Under the pieces are notes generated by a model. That model was not told where the DNA came from, did not search any database, and saw only the letters and a list, made by a program, of their open reading frames with translations. Shown here one piece after another: positions 50,637-60,533 of a stretch of DNA of 64,000 nt (position 1 is its first letter; each line of letters starts with the position of its first letter). Position numbers and translations under genes: made by a program. Where the stretch lies: assembly GCA_043825735.1 (NCBI GenBank), contig JBDRRP010000107.1, positions 1 to 64,000 on the forward strand. Reading direction: 5' to 3'. Origin of the DNA: Pseudomonadota bacterium. GTDB lineage: Bacteria > Desulfobacterota > Desulfobacteria > Desulfobacterales > JBDRRP01.

Positions 50637-52053
50637 GGCTGATGATGATGGTGGGGTAAAGTCCTTCCAGCGCGCCGTCGGTATACGGCTGGATGGTATT
50701 AAATGAAATCTTCTGATTTCTTTGGGCATGCCCCTTGTTTTTGAGCCCGTTGAACAGGGCACCGTTGGCTTCGAGGATGTGATGAATGCGATCACGGAAG
50801 CCGGTGATGAATGTGGCGCCGCTGCCTTCGAAAACCATTCCGCCTTTTGTGGTGCCGCTGGTGATTTTGGCAAAGTCTTTCTGGCTGATACTGTTGTCGG
50901 CCAGTTCTTTTTTGCTGGTAATCAGCCCCCAGACCAACTGGCCGGCGGGAATGGTCAGGGGTTCGGTGGCGTCGATGATGGTATGGGGCATGATGATGCT
51001 TTCCTGGCCGATGGTCAGGCGCGCATCCGGGCGTCCCCTTAAAAACGAGTTGAAGCCCACAAATACCGTCTTGCCCAGATCGGCCTCGATGATTTTGGCG
51101 CCGTGGGCCGTCACGTTATTGCCTTCCAGGTGGGAGTTGATGATGTAGCAGTTCTCCTGGGCGTTGGCGCCGACCCCCAGGTGTGCATTCTGCAGGAATG
51201 CGCGCTGGGCCACCAGGACGTTTTCGCTGATGGTGGTCTTGGGCTTGATGACGGCGAATCGGTCCAGGGAGGCATTCTTGGGGACTTTGACGGGTTGATC
51301 GATGTTCACCACTTCAAAGACCCGTTGAAAGGCTTCCTGCCGGTCTTCCACGAAGTCGATGAACAGCCCCTGGGGCGGAGCCCCGGGCGCAAAATGGATA
51401 TAGCGGTTCAGGCGGTCCAGGGGATGCTTGTAGAGAAAATTGAAGTTTCCGGGGCTGCGGATCCAGATCGTGCCGGGCGCGATGCACTGGTGAGCGATCT
51501 CTCCGGCCTGGATATAGGCAAATGCGCCGATGACGCTGTCGTGGGCCGTGGTCAGATCAACCGTGGAAAAGGGCCCCAGAAAACATCCTTCCATCGGTGA
51601 TCCGTGGATATTGGCATAGTGGGTGGATACCGTATCCTTGATGAAGAAAGTCTCCAGGGTTTCCGGATCGTGTGAAAAGCAGTGCACCAGGGTTTTGATC
51701 AGATAGCTGTCTTTGATGTCAATCTCTTCATCCCTGGACAACACGATGTTGAACTCTTTGAAAGGGTAGGCATCGTTTTTCTTCTTGAGCTCGTCTCCCC
51801 GGATGTCGCTCTTGTAAAGGATGGATCGGGTGACCTTGCATTTTCCCAGAAAATAGCTGCCGGCAAGGCTCGATTCCCTGAATTGGAAATCGAGCGTGTG
51901 GTTGGGGGTGATTCCGTAAAACGCGTAGAATTTCTTGAACTGCTGGCTGGGGACCAGATCCTCTACCCAGGGGCGCACGTCATACTGGAGTTCTCTCAGA
52001 TTGATATTGACGCGCTGGCTGATCCGTTCGAAGAGATTTCTCAATGCTTCCAT
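50632..52053 (-). CDS. Hexapeptide-repeat protein with two gamma-carbonic-anhydrase-like domains
   Basis: Domain 1: IRGDE, TLVH, STHYANIHG. Domain 2: NAQEN, VTAHGA, VFVGFNS. Confidence 0.75.
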   Translation of the reverse strand: MEALRNLFERISQRVNINLRELQYDVRPWVEDLVPSQQFKKFYAFYGITPNHTLDFQFRESSLAGSYFLGKCKVTRSILYKSDIRGDELKKKNDAYPFKEFNIVLSRDEEIDIKDSYLIKTLVHCFSHDPETLETFFIKDTVSTHYANIHGSPMEGCFLGPFSTVDLTTAHDSVIGAFAYIQAGEIAHQCIAPGTIWIRSPGNFNFLYKHPLDRLNRYIHFAPGAPPQGLFIDFVEDRQEAFQRVFEVVNIDQPVKVPKNASLDRFAVIKPKTTISENVLVAQRAFLQNAHLGVGANAQENCYIINSHLEGNNVTAHGAKIIEADLGKTVFVGFNSFLRGRPDARLTIGQESIIMPHTIIDATEPLTIPAGQLVWGLITSKKELADNSISQKDFAKITSGTTKGGMVFEGSGATFITGFRDRIHHILEANGALFNGLKNKGHAQRNQKISFNTIQPYTDGALEGLYPTIIISQ

Positions 52054-52062
52054 GAGGCATCC

Positions 52063-52635
52063 TCACTCGTTGTCAATTTCGCATTCCTTCATCGTGTGGA
52101 AAATGGCACCGAAGACATCCGACAGCCGCAAAATGCCGACAATTTCCTTATCTCGGGCAACCAGCAGGGAGAGCTGGTGCTGGCCCATCACCATCTGATG
52201 GAGGGCCATTTCCAGAGACGTTTCCGGTGACACATATTCCTCCTCCATGGGCGCCTGCATGATCGTCTCCACTTTGATTTTAGAGGCTTTCTTGCAAAGC
52301 GCTTTGAGGGTGACGCCCTTTCGCGGCCGGTCCTTGATCAGCGAGGTGATGAATTTGTCGCTGAACTCGAAGTCACTGAGTTCGCTGAGCTTGTAGAGGA
52401 CATCGTCATCGGGTTCGAGTTCGATGGCCTTGAGAACATCCATGTGGCTCAGTTTGCCGACGACCCGGTTGTCCTTGTCGAGAACCAGTACGGCCCGGTG
52501 CCGGTGCTTGCTGCGGTCGTATTCCTCCTGGGCCTTTTCCAGGGCGAGCACGGCCTCGAACAGGGTGGCACCTTTCCTGACAGTGGCATATTCGGACAGC
52601 GGGACCATCAACTCTTCGACTGTGAATGTATCCAT
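52063..52635 (-). CDS. CBS domain protein
   Basis: LMVPLSEYATV, HRAVLVLD..VVGKLS, VGILRLSDVF; GGAGG RBS. Confidence 0.9.
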   Translation of the reverse strand: MDTFTVEELMVPLSEYATVRKGATLFEAVLALEKAQEEYDRSKHRHRAVLVLDKDNRVVGKLSHMDVLKAIELEPDDDVLYKLSELSDFEFSDKFITSLIKDRPRKGVTLKALCKKASKIKVETIMQAPMEEEYVSPETSLEMALHQMVMGQHQLSLLVARDKEIVGILRLSDVFGAIFHTMKECEIDNE

Positions 52636-52743
52636 AGGTCACCTCCAGAACGCGGTAGAGCCCGACAATAGCATAAAATTAGTAACAAAGTGAAGCCTTT
52701 AGTGGGCCGCTGCCGCGTGTCGGTCCGAAGCCGGAGATCAAAC

Positions 52744-52867
52744 TTGGTGAAACCGGAAAAAGTGATTTTGAACCGCAGAGCGCGCAGAGAAACGCAGAGA
52801 ACATATTTAACCTCTGCGCTCTCTGCGTCCTCTGTGGTGATTTCTGATTTTTTTACGAGTTTGTCAA
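52744..52867. repeat. Family A palindromic repeat
   Basis: GAAAAAGTGATTTTGAACCGCAGAG...CTCTGTGGTGATTTCTGATTTTTTACGAG. Confidence 0.85.
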
Positions 52868-52902
52868 ACTTGTGCCGGCCGATGGCCCCTTATGGATGGA
52901 CA

Positions 52903-53646
52903 CTACTTGAAAAACGTCAATAGGGCGTGCAGATTGGTCAGCGGGTGCGGAGGGCACCCGGGAATGAACAGGTCCACCGGTAAAAGGGTGTCCAGGCCTT
53001 CGGTGATTTCCGGGCCGCCGCGAAACGGTCCGCCGGTCAGGGTGCAGCTGCCCACGGCAATGACGGCCTTGGGCGCTGGAACGGCCTCGTAGGTCGTGAG
53101 CAGCGCTGTTTTCATGTTGCGGGAAATCGGACCGGTGACGACGATGGCATCGGAGTGGCGCGGTGAGGCCACGAAATTGATACCGAACCGGGCCAGGTCG
53201 AAAAAGGGGGTCGCCAGCACGTTGAGATCGGCTTCACAGGCATTGCAGCCGGCCGCGGACACCTGGCGCAGTTGCAGGGACCTGCCGAAGAGCTTCTTGA
53301 AGTGCCGGCGGGAGTGGGCGGCCAGATCGGCCAGCGATCCGTCCACTGTCAGGTGCTCTTTTTCGGCAACGGCGATTTCAAAATCCTGGGTAAAGGTGAC
53401 AAATTCGCCGCCGGAAACCTGTTCACAGGTCCCGCAGAAGATGCACCGGCCCATGTCCAGCGTGCGGGCTTCGTTGTCAATGGCGTCCTGGGGACAGGCG
53501 GCGGCGCAGCGCGCCACCAGTTCTGCGGGAGCCTCCCGGTTGATCTGCGGGCGGCCCCGGTAGCGTTTCCACAGTTCGATCTTTTTCTTCGGATACCCGG
53601 TCGTCCGGTAGCCCTGCTCGAATCTGTTTCTAAGCGTATTGAGCAT
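52903..53646 (-). CDS. ehrS: Ehr small subunit (NuoB/HyfI-like) fused to a ferredoxin-like N-terminus
   Basis: GCNACE, SPRHSD, AVGSC, IPGCPP; N-terminal CAAACP and CIFCGTC. Confidence 0.85.
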   Translation of the reverse strand: MLNTLRNRFEQGYRTTGYPKKKIELWKRYRGRPQINREAPAELVARCAAACPQDAIDNEARTLDMGRCIFCGTCEQVSGGEFVTFTQDFEIAVAEKEHLTVDGSLADLAAHSRRHFKKLFGRSLQLRQVSAAGCNACEADLNVLATPFFDLARFGINFVASPRHSDAIVVTGPISRNMKTALLTTYEAVPAPKAVIAVGSCTLTGGPFRGGPEITEGLDTLLPVDLFIPGCPPHPLTNLHALLTFFK

Positions 53647-53809
53647 CTTTGTCTCTCTCCATCAAGTTCTGAGTAGAGTACTTGTCAGAATATTGTTCCG
53701 TTTCATCCCCGAGATCCTATCGGGGTCGGGATCGAAATCGGGATCGATATCGATGCTCACCATAAGATGTTGTGCAAACGGAACGAATTTTTATCAATGG
53801 CTATAATCT

Positions 53810-53885
53810 TCACAAAGGACACGAAGTATTTCTAACGCACTTCTTCTGGTTGTTCCTTCGTGCACTTCGTGTTCTTCGTGGTTCA
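53810..53885. repeat. Palindromic repeat, CACGAAG variant
   Basis: CACAAAGGACACGAAG...CTTCGTG x3 then GTTC. Confidence 0.7.
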
Positions 53886-53894
53886 CATCCAGTG

Positions 53895-55406
53895 CTACAG
53901 GTCAAATCCGCAATACGACAGGTTGAAGCTTTTGTTGTTGAGCGGAAAATCGCTGATTCCCGTATCACGCAAAGACATGGAAAGGCCGTTCCAGTTGTGG
54001 AACGAGGGGTCCTTTATTTTGTAATGCAGCAGACGACCGGTGTCATCGGTAAGCACGCAGTGCGACACTTCGCCGCGCCAGGCCTCGTTGACGGTCACGA
54101 CGAAAGACGAACCGGCAAGGTTTATCTCCGCCGCAGGCGGCACGCAGGCGGTTTCCACCGGCGCATCCAGCATCGACAGGATCAGCCCCATGGATTGAAG
54201 GCTCTCATCGGCCCGCATCCTGGCCCGGGCATACACATCCCCGGTTGATTTGGCATTTTCAGGAATCTTAAGGCGGCCATAGTGCTCGGTCGGAAAGCAG
54301 CGGCGGACGTCGTAGGCCAGGCCGCAAGCCCGGCCGGCCGGGCCCACCAGACCGAGCTTTTCCGCGTCACCGGTGCTTACGGCCCCGCACCCCTCGAAAC
54401 GGGAGCGAACGCTGGACGTTGAAAAAAGCAGATCGATGGTGTGGGCAACCTGGGGGTGGATTTCGAGGATTCGCGATTTCAGCGTCGTGCGGATCTCATC
54501 GTCCATAGCAAGCCGGACGCCGCCGGGGCGGATCAATCCCTTGCTGAAACGGTTGCCGCAGAGCAGCAGAGACATATTGAGGAAATCGCCGCGCATGCGG
54601 CCGCAGTAGTTGGCCGGGGGCAGGAAGGCCACATCGCCGCTCAGGGCGCCCAGATCTCCCACATGGTTTTGAAGCCGCTCGAGTTCCAGTGCGATGGTCC
54701 TGATAATGCGGGCCCCTTCATCGGGGGCCATCCCGGACAGGGCCTCGATCGCCTGGGAATGGCAAAGGCTGTGGCCCACGGTGGTGTCTCCGGCAATGCT
54801 TTCGGCAAGGATCGGCAGACGCTTTGCGGCGGCTGTCAGCAGCATCGGTTCGATGCCCCGATGCTGATATCCCAGCTGGATCTCCAGATTGAGGACGCGC
54901 TCACCGATGCAGTTGAAGCGAAAGTGGCCCGGTTCGATGACGCCCGCATGCACCGGGCCCACGGCCACCTCGTGGATCTCATCTCCGGCAACGCTGTAAT
55001 AGTCGTAGCGGCCGGGGATATCTTCCGAGTAGTCGTTGCCGAACACGTCCGGCAGATCCCTGTAATTGGGGTGGTAGCGGACCATTTTCAACCAGGGGTG
55101 ACCCTCCGGGCGGATCCCGTACTGTTCGGCGATTTCGCGCTCGAACATGTGAAACGGCTCGCACTGGGCGCTGAGCGCCGGGTAGGCCGCCGGCGCATCG
55201 GATCCGGCCACCAGCAGTTTGTCGGTGCGCAGCACCGCCAGCAGTTTGAGGTCTTGCCCATCCGGATAGGCGAAAAACTGGACCACTTTGCCCCCGGCGT
55301 CGACGATTTTCAGCGCCTCCTGGCGAAACGTTTCAAAGGGCAGGTGCGGGAGGGTGTCCCGGGCAACGGCCGCGCCATTTTCGATCTCGATAAAACCCGT
55401 TTCCAT
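53895..55406 (-). CDS. ehrL: Ehr large subunit (NuoC/D-like, HyfG/HycE homolog lacking NiFe cysteine motifs)
   Basis: FEREIAE, GPVHAGVIEPGHFRF, HRGIE, ELER, GDVYAR, DPSF; ESIAGDT and FNLSYCGFDL replace the two CxxC motifs. Confidence 0.88.
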   Translation of the reverse strand: METGFIEIENGAAVARDTLPHLPFETFRQEALKIVDAGGKVVQFFAYPDGQDLKLLAVLRTDKLLVAGSDAPAAYPALSAQCEPFHMFEREIAEQYGIRPEGHPWLKMVRYHPNYRDLPDVFGNDYSEDIPGRYDYYSVAGDEIHEVAVGPVHAGVIEPGHFRFNCIGERVLNLEIQLGYQHRGIEPMLLTAAAKRLPILAESIAGDTTVGHSLCHSQAIEALSGMAPDEGARIIRTIALELERLQNHVGDLGALSGDVAFLPPANYCGRMRGDFLNMSLLLCGNRFSKGLIRPGGVRLAMDDEIRTTLKSRILEIHPQVAHTIDLLFSTSSVRSRFEGCGAVSTGDAEKLGLVGPAGRACGLAYDVRRCFPTEHYGRLKIPENAKSTGDVYARARMRADESLQSMGLILSMLDAPVETACVPPAAEINLAGSSFVVTVNEAWRGEVSHCVLTDDTGRLLHYKIKDPSFHNWNGLSMSLRDTGISDFPLNNKSFNLSYCGFDL

Positions 55407-56827
55407 TAAAAACCTCCGCCGCTGGAAGTCACCGCTTGGATAATCGCCTGGTACAGCGGATCCGGAAGCCAGAAACACAGTATCAGGGAGGTCAGCAGCA
55501 ACGCATACTGGGGCCAGATCATGTTGGCCTTCTCAGGGATGCGGACCACCGTGTCACTCTGGCCGTAGGAGATCTTGAGCACCTGATTGGCAAATCCGGC
55601 GAAAATGACGCACAGGCTCACGATGAACAGGCCCACCCCCCAGTAGTGGCCGCCCCGGAAGGCGCCGATGATGATCAACAGCTCGCCGATAAAAATGCCG
55701 AAGGGCGGAAACCCGGAAATCCCGGCGAAGCCGGCAAAGAACGCCACAAAGGTGCGCGGCATCTTTGTAACCAGATCGCCGGTGCTGGCGATCATCCGGC
55801 TGCCGTATCCCAGGAGAATATTGCCTGACGTGAGAAACAGGGACGACTTGATCAGGCTGTGGTGAATCAGGCACACGATGGCCCCAAAGGCGCCGATGCC
55901 GCCGATGCCGGTGCCAAAGGCGATAATTCCCATGTTTTCGATGCTCGAATAGGCCAGCATGCGTTTATATTCGGTCTGTTTCAGGATGAAGGTGGCGGCG
56001 GCCATGATCGAGAGCAGGCCGAAGACCATCAAAATGGTGCCGGAGAAATCGCCCAGACCGGCAGCGACCATGATTTTGTTGGTTTTAAAGATGCCCAGGT
56101 AGGCACAGTTGAGCAGCACGCCCGAGAGCAGCGCAGAAGCAGGGCTGGGGGCTTCGCTATGGGCATCGGGCAGCCAGGTGTGCATGGGGGCGAGTCCCAT
56201 TTTGGTCCCATAGCCCACCAGGATGAACACGAAGCCGGCCTTCAGCCACATCGGGTCGAGCTTTCCGGCAACGGCGGTGAGCGCGGAAAAGGAAACCGGC
56301 GCGTCCACTCGGCCCACGTCCATGGCCACCGTTATGAGCACCGAGCCCAAAAGGGCCAGTGCAATGCCCACCGAGCAGATCAGCACGTACTTCCAGGTGG
56401 CCTCCAATGAGGCGGCGGAGCGATGGGTGTAGATCAGCGGGGCGCTGGCCAGTGTCGTGGCCTCGATGGCGATCCACATCACCATGATGTGGTCGGAGAG
56501 GGTCACCATGGTCATGGTGGACAAAAACAGCAGCATCGAACCGGTGAAAATGTTCTCGCTCCGGAGATCGGAGGCCTTGAGGTATCCTGTCGTGTAGATC
56601 GAGATCAGAAAAAAGAGCAGAGAGATCACCAGCAGCGACAGCAGGCCTTCGGGGGTGACCGCAAAGAAATCCGGAAACAGCGGCTGCGGCCGGCGCGCCC
56701 AGAGCAGGATGGAAAACAGCAAGTGCACTGCACCGGTCAGCACCAGGAGTGATCGGCCAAGGCGCGGTGGCATGAAAAAAGCCAGCAGACCGGCGATAAA
56801 TGGCGCCACAAAGACGATTTCAACCAT
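55406..56827 (-). CDS. ehrD: Ehr antiporter-like membrane subunit (HyfF-like)
   Basis: EATTL, EATWKY, GTKMGLAPMHTWLPDAHSEAP, KRMLAYSSIEN. Confidence 0.88.
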   Translation of the reverse strand: MVEIVFVAPFIAGLLAFFMPPRLGRSLLVLTGAVHLLFSILLWARRPQPLFPDFFAVTPEGLLSLLVISLLFFLISIYTTGYLKASDLRSENIFTGSMLLFLSTMTMVTLSDHIMVMWIAIEATTLASAPLIYTHRSAASLEATWKYVLICSVGIALALLGSVLITVAMDVGRVDAPVSFSALTAVAGKLDPMWLKAGFVFILVGYGTKMGLAPMHTWLPDAHSEAPSPASALLSGVLLNCAYLGIFKTNKIMVAAGLGDFSGTILMVFGLLSIMAAATFILKQTEYKRMLAYSSIENMGIIAFGTGIGGIGAFGAIVCLIHHSLIKSSLFLTSGNILLGYGSRMIASTGDLVTKMPRTFVAFFAGFAGISGFPPFGIFIGELLIIIGAFRGGHYWGVGLFIVSLCVIFAGFANQVLKISYGQSDTVVRIPEKANMIWPQYALLLTSLILCFWLPDPLYQAIIQAVTSSGGGF

Positions 56828-56837
56828 AAAGATCCAC

Positions 56838-57479
56838 CTATTCCTTTAAAGTTCTGAGCAGTGCCGTGTCCACGTCGTCAAAGGTCTGCTTGATATTCTG
56901 AAGGATGACGGCCATGATCATCACGCCGGCCAGCACGTCCAATAAAATACCGAATTCCACAATATGCAGCGCCCGCACCGAAAACGTCGTTCCCACCAGG
57001 TAGATCCCGTTTTCCATCATCATGTATCCCAGGACCATGGCGATGGCGTTTCGCCGCGCGGTAAGCAGAAACATGCCGGCCACCAGGACCGAGATGGCCG
57101 TCGGCAGCAGCAGGGCGCTGGCGCCACTGGCCGGCAGGTTGAACTTGTGGCTGGCAAAAGTCGCCCCCACGATCAGTCCGAGTCCGGCGATCAGTGAGGC
57201 ATGGTAGCCGATGATCGGCTCCACCTCCCGGCGGATGGCCACCTTTTTGATGGCCAGGTGGATGCACAAGGGGATCACGATGCCCCGGATGGTCAGGGTG
57301 ACCAAGGTAAACGCCAGTCCGCCGCCCGTCATATCGTGTCCGATAAACAGCGGCACGATGGAGACCACGATCCCCTGAAAGGCAAGGACCTTGATCAGCC
57401 CCGGCAGACGACTGGAGCCCAGGGAGAATAGGATCGACAGCAGCACCAGAGATAATAAGGTATCGACCGGATGGCTCAT
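56838..57479 (-). CDS. ehrC: Ehr membrane subunit (HyfE-like)
   Basis: AFQG, RREVEP, MMENGI, VEFGILLD; coupled to the upstream gene. Confidence 0.85.
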   Translation of the reverse strand: MSHPVDTLLSLVLLSILFSLGSSRLPGLIKVLAFQGIVVSIVPLFIGHDMTGGGLAFTLVTLTIRGIVIPLCIHLAIKKVAIRREVEPIIGYHASLIAGLGLIVGATFASHKFNLPASGASALLLPTAISVLVAGMFLLTARRNAIAMVLGYMMMENGIYLVGTTFSVRALHIVEFGILLDVLAGVMIMAVILQNIKQTFDDVDTALLRTLKE

Positions 57480-58396
57480 GGGAGATACTCCAGGGTGATG
57501 ATGGTTGCAAAAAAGGCCAGGGCAAAAGAGGTCAGGATAAACTTGGGCACCGCGTCCATGCGGTAGCGGGCCATGACCGATTCGGTCACCCCGACGGCGA
57601 TGTAGACCGTCACCAGGGCGGCCAGATACATGCCCATGTTCAGGGCGGGGTGGCCCAGATCGAAGGGGACGATCAAGGTGGCGACCATTGACGCATAGAA
57701 AAACAGTTTGCAAAAGGAGCCCAGTTCGATGAGTGCGAAGTCCGGCCCGCTGTGGTCCAGCACCATGACCTCATGGATCATGGTCAGCTCCAGGTGCGTG
57801 GCCGGATCGTCCACGGGAACCCGCGAGTTCTCGGTGAGCAGGACGATGAAAAAGGCCAGTACGACAAACAGCAGCGGTGAGCCGGCCGCCTGCCACAGTG
57901 ACTTGGGCTGGTGAGCGGTAAAGTAAGCCGCCAGTTGCAGTTGCTCGGTCAGCAGATAGAACAGGATCAGCACCATAAACAGCGTGGCTTCGCAAATAAT
58001 GGGGAAATACGCTTCCCGTGCGGCGCCCATGCCTTCGAAGGGTGAGGCCGTGTCCATGGCCGCGGCAATGGTGAAAAACCGTCCCAGCCCCAGCAGGTAA
58101 AGGACGAAAATCACGTCCCCGGTGAACGAGAACAGGGGCCGGTACCCGGCGATGGGCAGAAACATCAGCGCCGTCAGCGCGGCGCCCAGGGAGACCATGG
58201 GGCCCAGCTTGAACAGGAAGGTTGTGCTGGTGCTGTAGACGGACCCTTTTTTCAGCAGCTTGATCAGCGTGAAGTAGTTGATCAGCAGGGGGGGGCCTTT
58301 TTTGCCTCCGAAGAAGGCCTTGACCTTGAGAATCATCGCCGAGAGCAGCGGTGCCAGTAGAATGGCAAGCAGCCAGAGGTAAAAGGATCTAATCAT
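57476..58396 (-). CDS. ehrB: Ehr NuoH/HyfC-like membrane subunit
   Basis: KKGPPL, SPFEGMGAARE, ENSRVPVDDPATHLELTMIHE. Confidence 0.9.
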   Translation of the reverse strand: MIRSFYLWLLAILLAPLLSAMILKVKAFFGGKKGPPLLINYFTLIKLLKKGSVYSTSTTFLFKLGPMVSLGAALTALMFLPIAGYRPLFSFTGDVIFVLYLLGLGRFFTIAAAMDTASPFEGMGAAREAYFPIICEATLFMVLILFYLLTEQLQLAAYFTAHQPKSLWQAAGSPLLFVVLAFFIVLLTENSRVPVDDPATHLELTMIHEVMVLDHSGPDFALIELGSFCKLFFYASMVATLIVPFDLGHPALNMGMYLAALVTVYIAVGVTESVMARYRMDAVPKFILTSFALAFFATIITLEYLP

Positions 58397-58445
58397 AAAA
58401 CCGCCTCATTGGATGGTGCGTTCAACGACATGTCGCACCAAGGGT

Positions 58446-60401
58446 TTATATGAAAAAGAGCAACGCCACGATGGCCGCCAGAATGTACCCGATATACAGG
58501 TGGATATCCCCGTGCTGGATCCAGCGCAGCCGGTCGAAGAGCCACAGGATGGGGCGGACCACCACGGTGCCCATATGCATTTCGGCAATGTCGCCGATCT
58601 GGCTGTGGTAATGCGTCGGTCGCGGAAACCGGCCCCGGACTGCCGGGTGCACCACGTGGCGCGGGGCGACCGGCTTGAAAAAATCCAAAATCGATGCCGC
58701 GTAGGAAGAACCGGTATATTGCATCTTGACGGTGGGTTGGGTAAAGCCGCAGCCCCAGGTGCCGGCGCGTGAGATGGGTTTGTCCTTGTAGGCCATCATT
58801 CGCAGCGCCACGATCAGGCCCATGACGATCACAAACTGGGCGGCGGCCACACTGATATTGGTGGTGATCGGCATAAACGGCTCAATGGCGATGCGGCCGT
58901 AGCCCAATCCGAGCGCGCCGACCGCCTTCAGTGCCATGAAGATAAAAAACCGGGGAAACACTCCGACCACGCAGCAGGCTGCGGCCAGAATCACCAGCGG
59001 CGGCAGCATCATGCCCCCCCCGCTCTCGGCTGCGGCGGCTGCCGGTGTGCGGGGTTCGCCCTGAAACACCACCCCCATCACCTTTGAAAAGAGGGCCAGG
59101 GCCAGGCCGCCGATGATCGCCAGACTGATAATGGCCAGCACACTCATGGCAAAGGCGTTCTGGTGCATCGCCACGCCCCGGAAACTGCCCAGATAAATGA
59201 AAAATTCACTGACGAACCCGTTGAAGGGCGGCAGGCCGGAAATCGCCAGGGACCCGATGAGGAAGGTGATGCCAACGGTGCGCATGCGCTTTATCAGGCC
59301 GCCGAGGGCATCGATGGATCGGGTGCCGGTTTTCTGGATGACCACCCCTGCGCCCATGAACAGCAGCGATTTGAAGAGGGCGTGGTTGAGCACATGAAGC
59401 AGCGCCCCGGTGAAGCCGAGCACGGCCATGACCGGCCGGCCGGCCGTAACGCCCACCATGCCGATCCCGAGGCCGATGAGAATGATGCCGATGTTTTCGA
59501 CGCTGCTGTAAGCCAAAAGCCGTTTCAGATCGTGCTGGCCCAGCGCATAGACGACTCCTAATATCCCGGTCGCCATGCCGGTGATCAGGACGATTTGCCC
59601 GGGCAGCGGCGTGTGCAGCTCCAGCAGGCTGTAAATGCGGATAATCCCGTAGATGCCGGTTTTGATCATGACCCCGCTCATGACCGCCGAGATGTGACTC
59701 GGGGCCGCCGGGTGGGCATAGGGCAGCCAGATGTGGAACGGGAAAATGCCGGCTTTTGAGCCGAAGCCGATGAAGCACAGCACAAAGACGGCGGTCTTCA
59801 GCGGGACGCTCAGGGAGGTTGCCAGGAGCTCGAAACTGCCGGTTTGGCCGTAGATCAGGCCGAACCCGGCCAGGATGAACATGGCCCCGACCTGGGAAAA
59901 GACAAAATAGAGAAACCCGGCCCGGCGGTTTTCCGCGGACTGGTGGTCATAGATGACCAGAAAGAAGGAAGACAGCGACATGCTCTCCCACGACAGCATG
60001 AACGCGAGCATGTTATCGGCGGTGACCACCAGGGCCATGGAGACGATGAGCAGGCTGAAAAACAGCGTATTCGCTGCCGTGCGCAGAGCCTTTTCCGGCT
60101 TGTCCATGTAGTGGAAACTGTAAAGCGCGGCCAGCGCGCAGATGGCATAAATGGCCACCAGGAAAAAGGCGGACAGGGTGTCCATACGGAAAGCCAGCGT
60201 CGCCGCGTTCATGACTTTGACGCTGGCGATATAGCTTCCCGGGTTCAGCAGTTTGGCCATGGCATCGACAGCGCCGATCAGGCATCCTGCAGCCAGCGCC
60301 AGCACGCTGATGGCCTTCATGAGGGTGAACTGCCGCCAGGTGAGCATGGCGGATGCGCCCCCGGCTGCAATGATCAGGTTCGCGGTAAAGAAAAGATCCA
60401 T
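58446..60401 (-). CDS. ehrA: Ehr antiporter-like membrane subunit (HyfB-like)
   Basis: WESMS, KAGIFPFHIWLPYAHPAAP, KRLLAYSSVEN, HALFK, WGCG..MQYT. Confidence 0.9.
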   Translation of the reverse strand: MDLFFTANLIIAAGGASAMLTWRQFTLMKAISVLALAAGCLIGAVDAMAKLLNPGSYIASVKVMNAATLAFRMDTLSAFFLVAIYAICALAALYSFHYMDKPEKALRTAANTLFFSLLIVSMALVVTADNMLAFMLSWESMSLSSFFLVIYDHQSAENRRAGFLYFVFSQVGAMFILAGFGLIYGQTGSFELLATSLSVPLKTAVFVLCFIGFGSKAGIFPFHIWLPYAHPAAPSHISAVMSGVMIKTGIYGIIRIYSLLELHTPLPGQIVLITGMATGILGVVYALGQHDLKRLLAYSSVENIGIILIGLGIGMVGVTAGRPVMAVLGFTGALLHVLNHALFKSLLFMGAGVVIQKTGTRSIDALGGLIKRMRTVGITFLIGSLAISGLPPFNGFVSEFFIYLGSFRGVAMHQNAFAMSVLAIISLAIIGGLALALFSKVMGVVFQGEPRTPAAAAAESGGGMMLPPLVILAAACCVVGVFPRFFIFMALKAVGALGLGYGRIAIEPFMPITTNISVAAAQFVIVMGLIVALRMMAYKDKPISRAGTWGCGFTQPTVKMQYTGSSYAASILDFFKPVAPRHVVHPAVRGRFPRPTHYHSQIGDIAEMHMGTVVVRPILWLFDRLRWIQHGDIHLYIGYILAAIVALLFFI

Positions 60402-60533
60402 TCATTCCCCTTTGATTATTGACCTTCACGGTACAAGGGTAAAAAATCAATGTACTGAACCGACTCAGTCCATTGCCGGCGCCTTTCCATGGGGCTGTTC
60501 TGACCATCGCCCCATATCATGAAAAGCTTTCGA

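Noticed and set aside
52903..60401. Call as hydrogenase-4 / formate hydrogenlyase or NADH dehydrogenase
   Set aside because: No NiFe-binding CxxC motifs, and no maturation, fdh or NuoEFG genes in the window.
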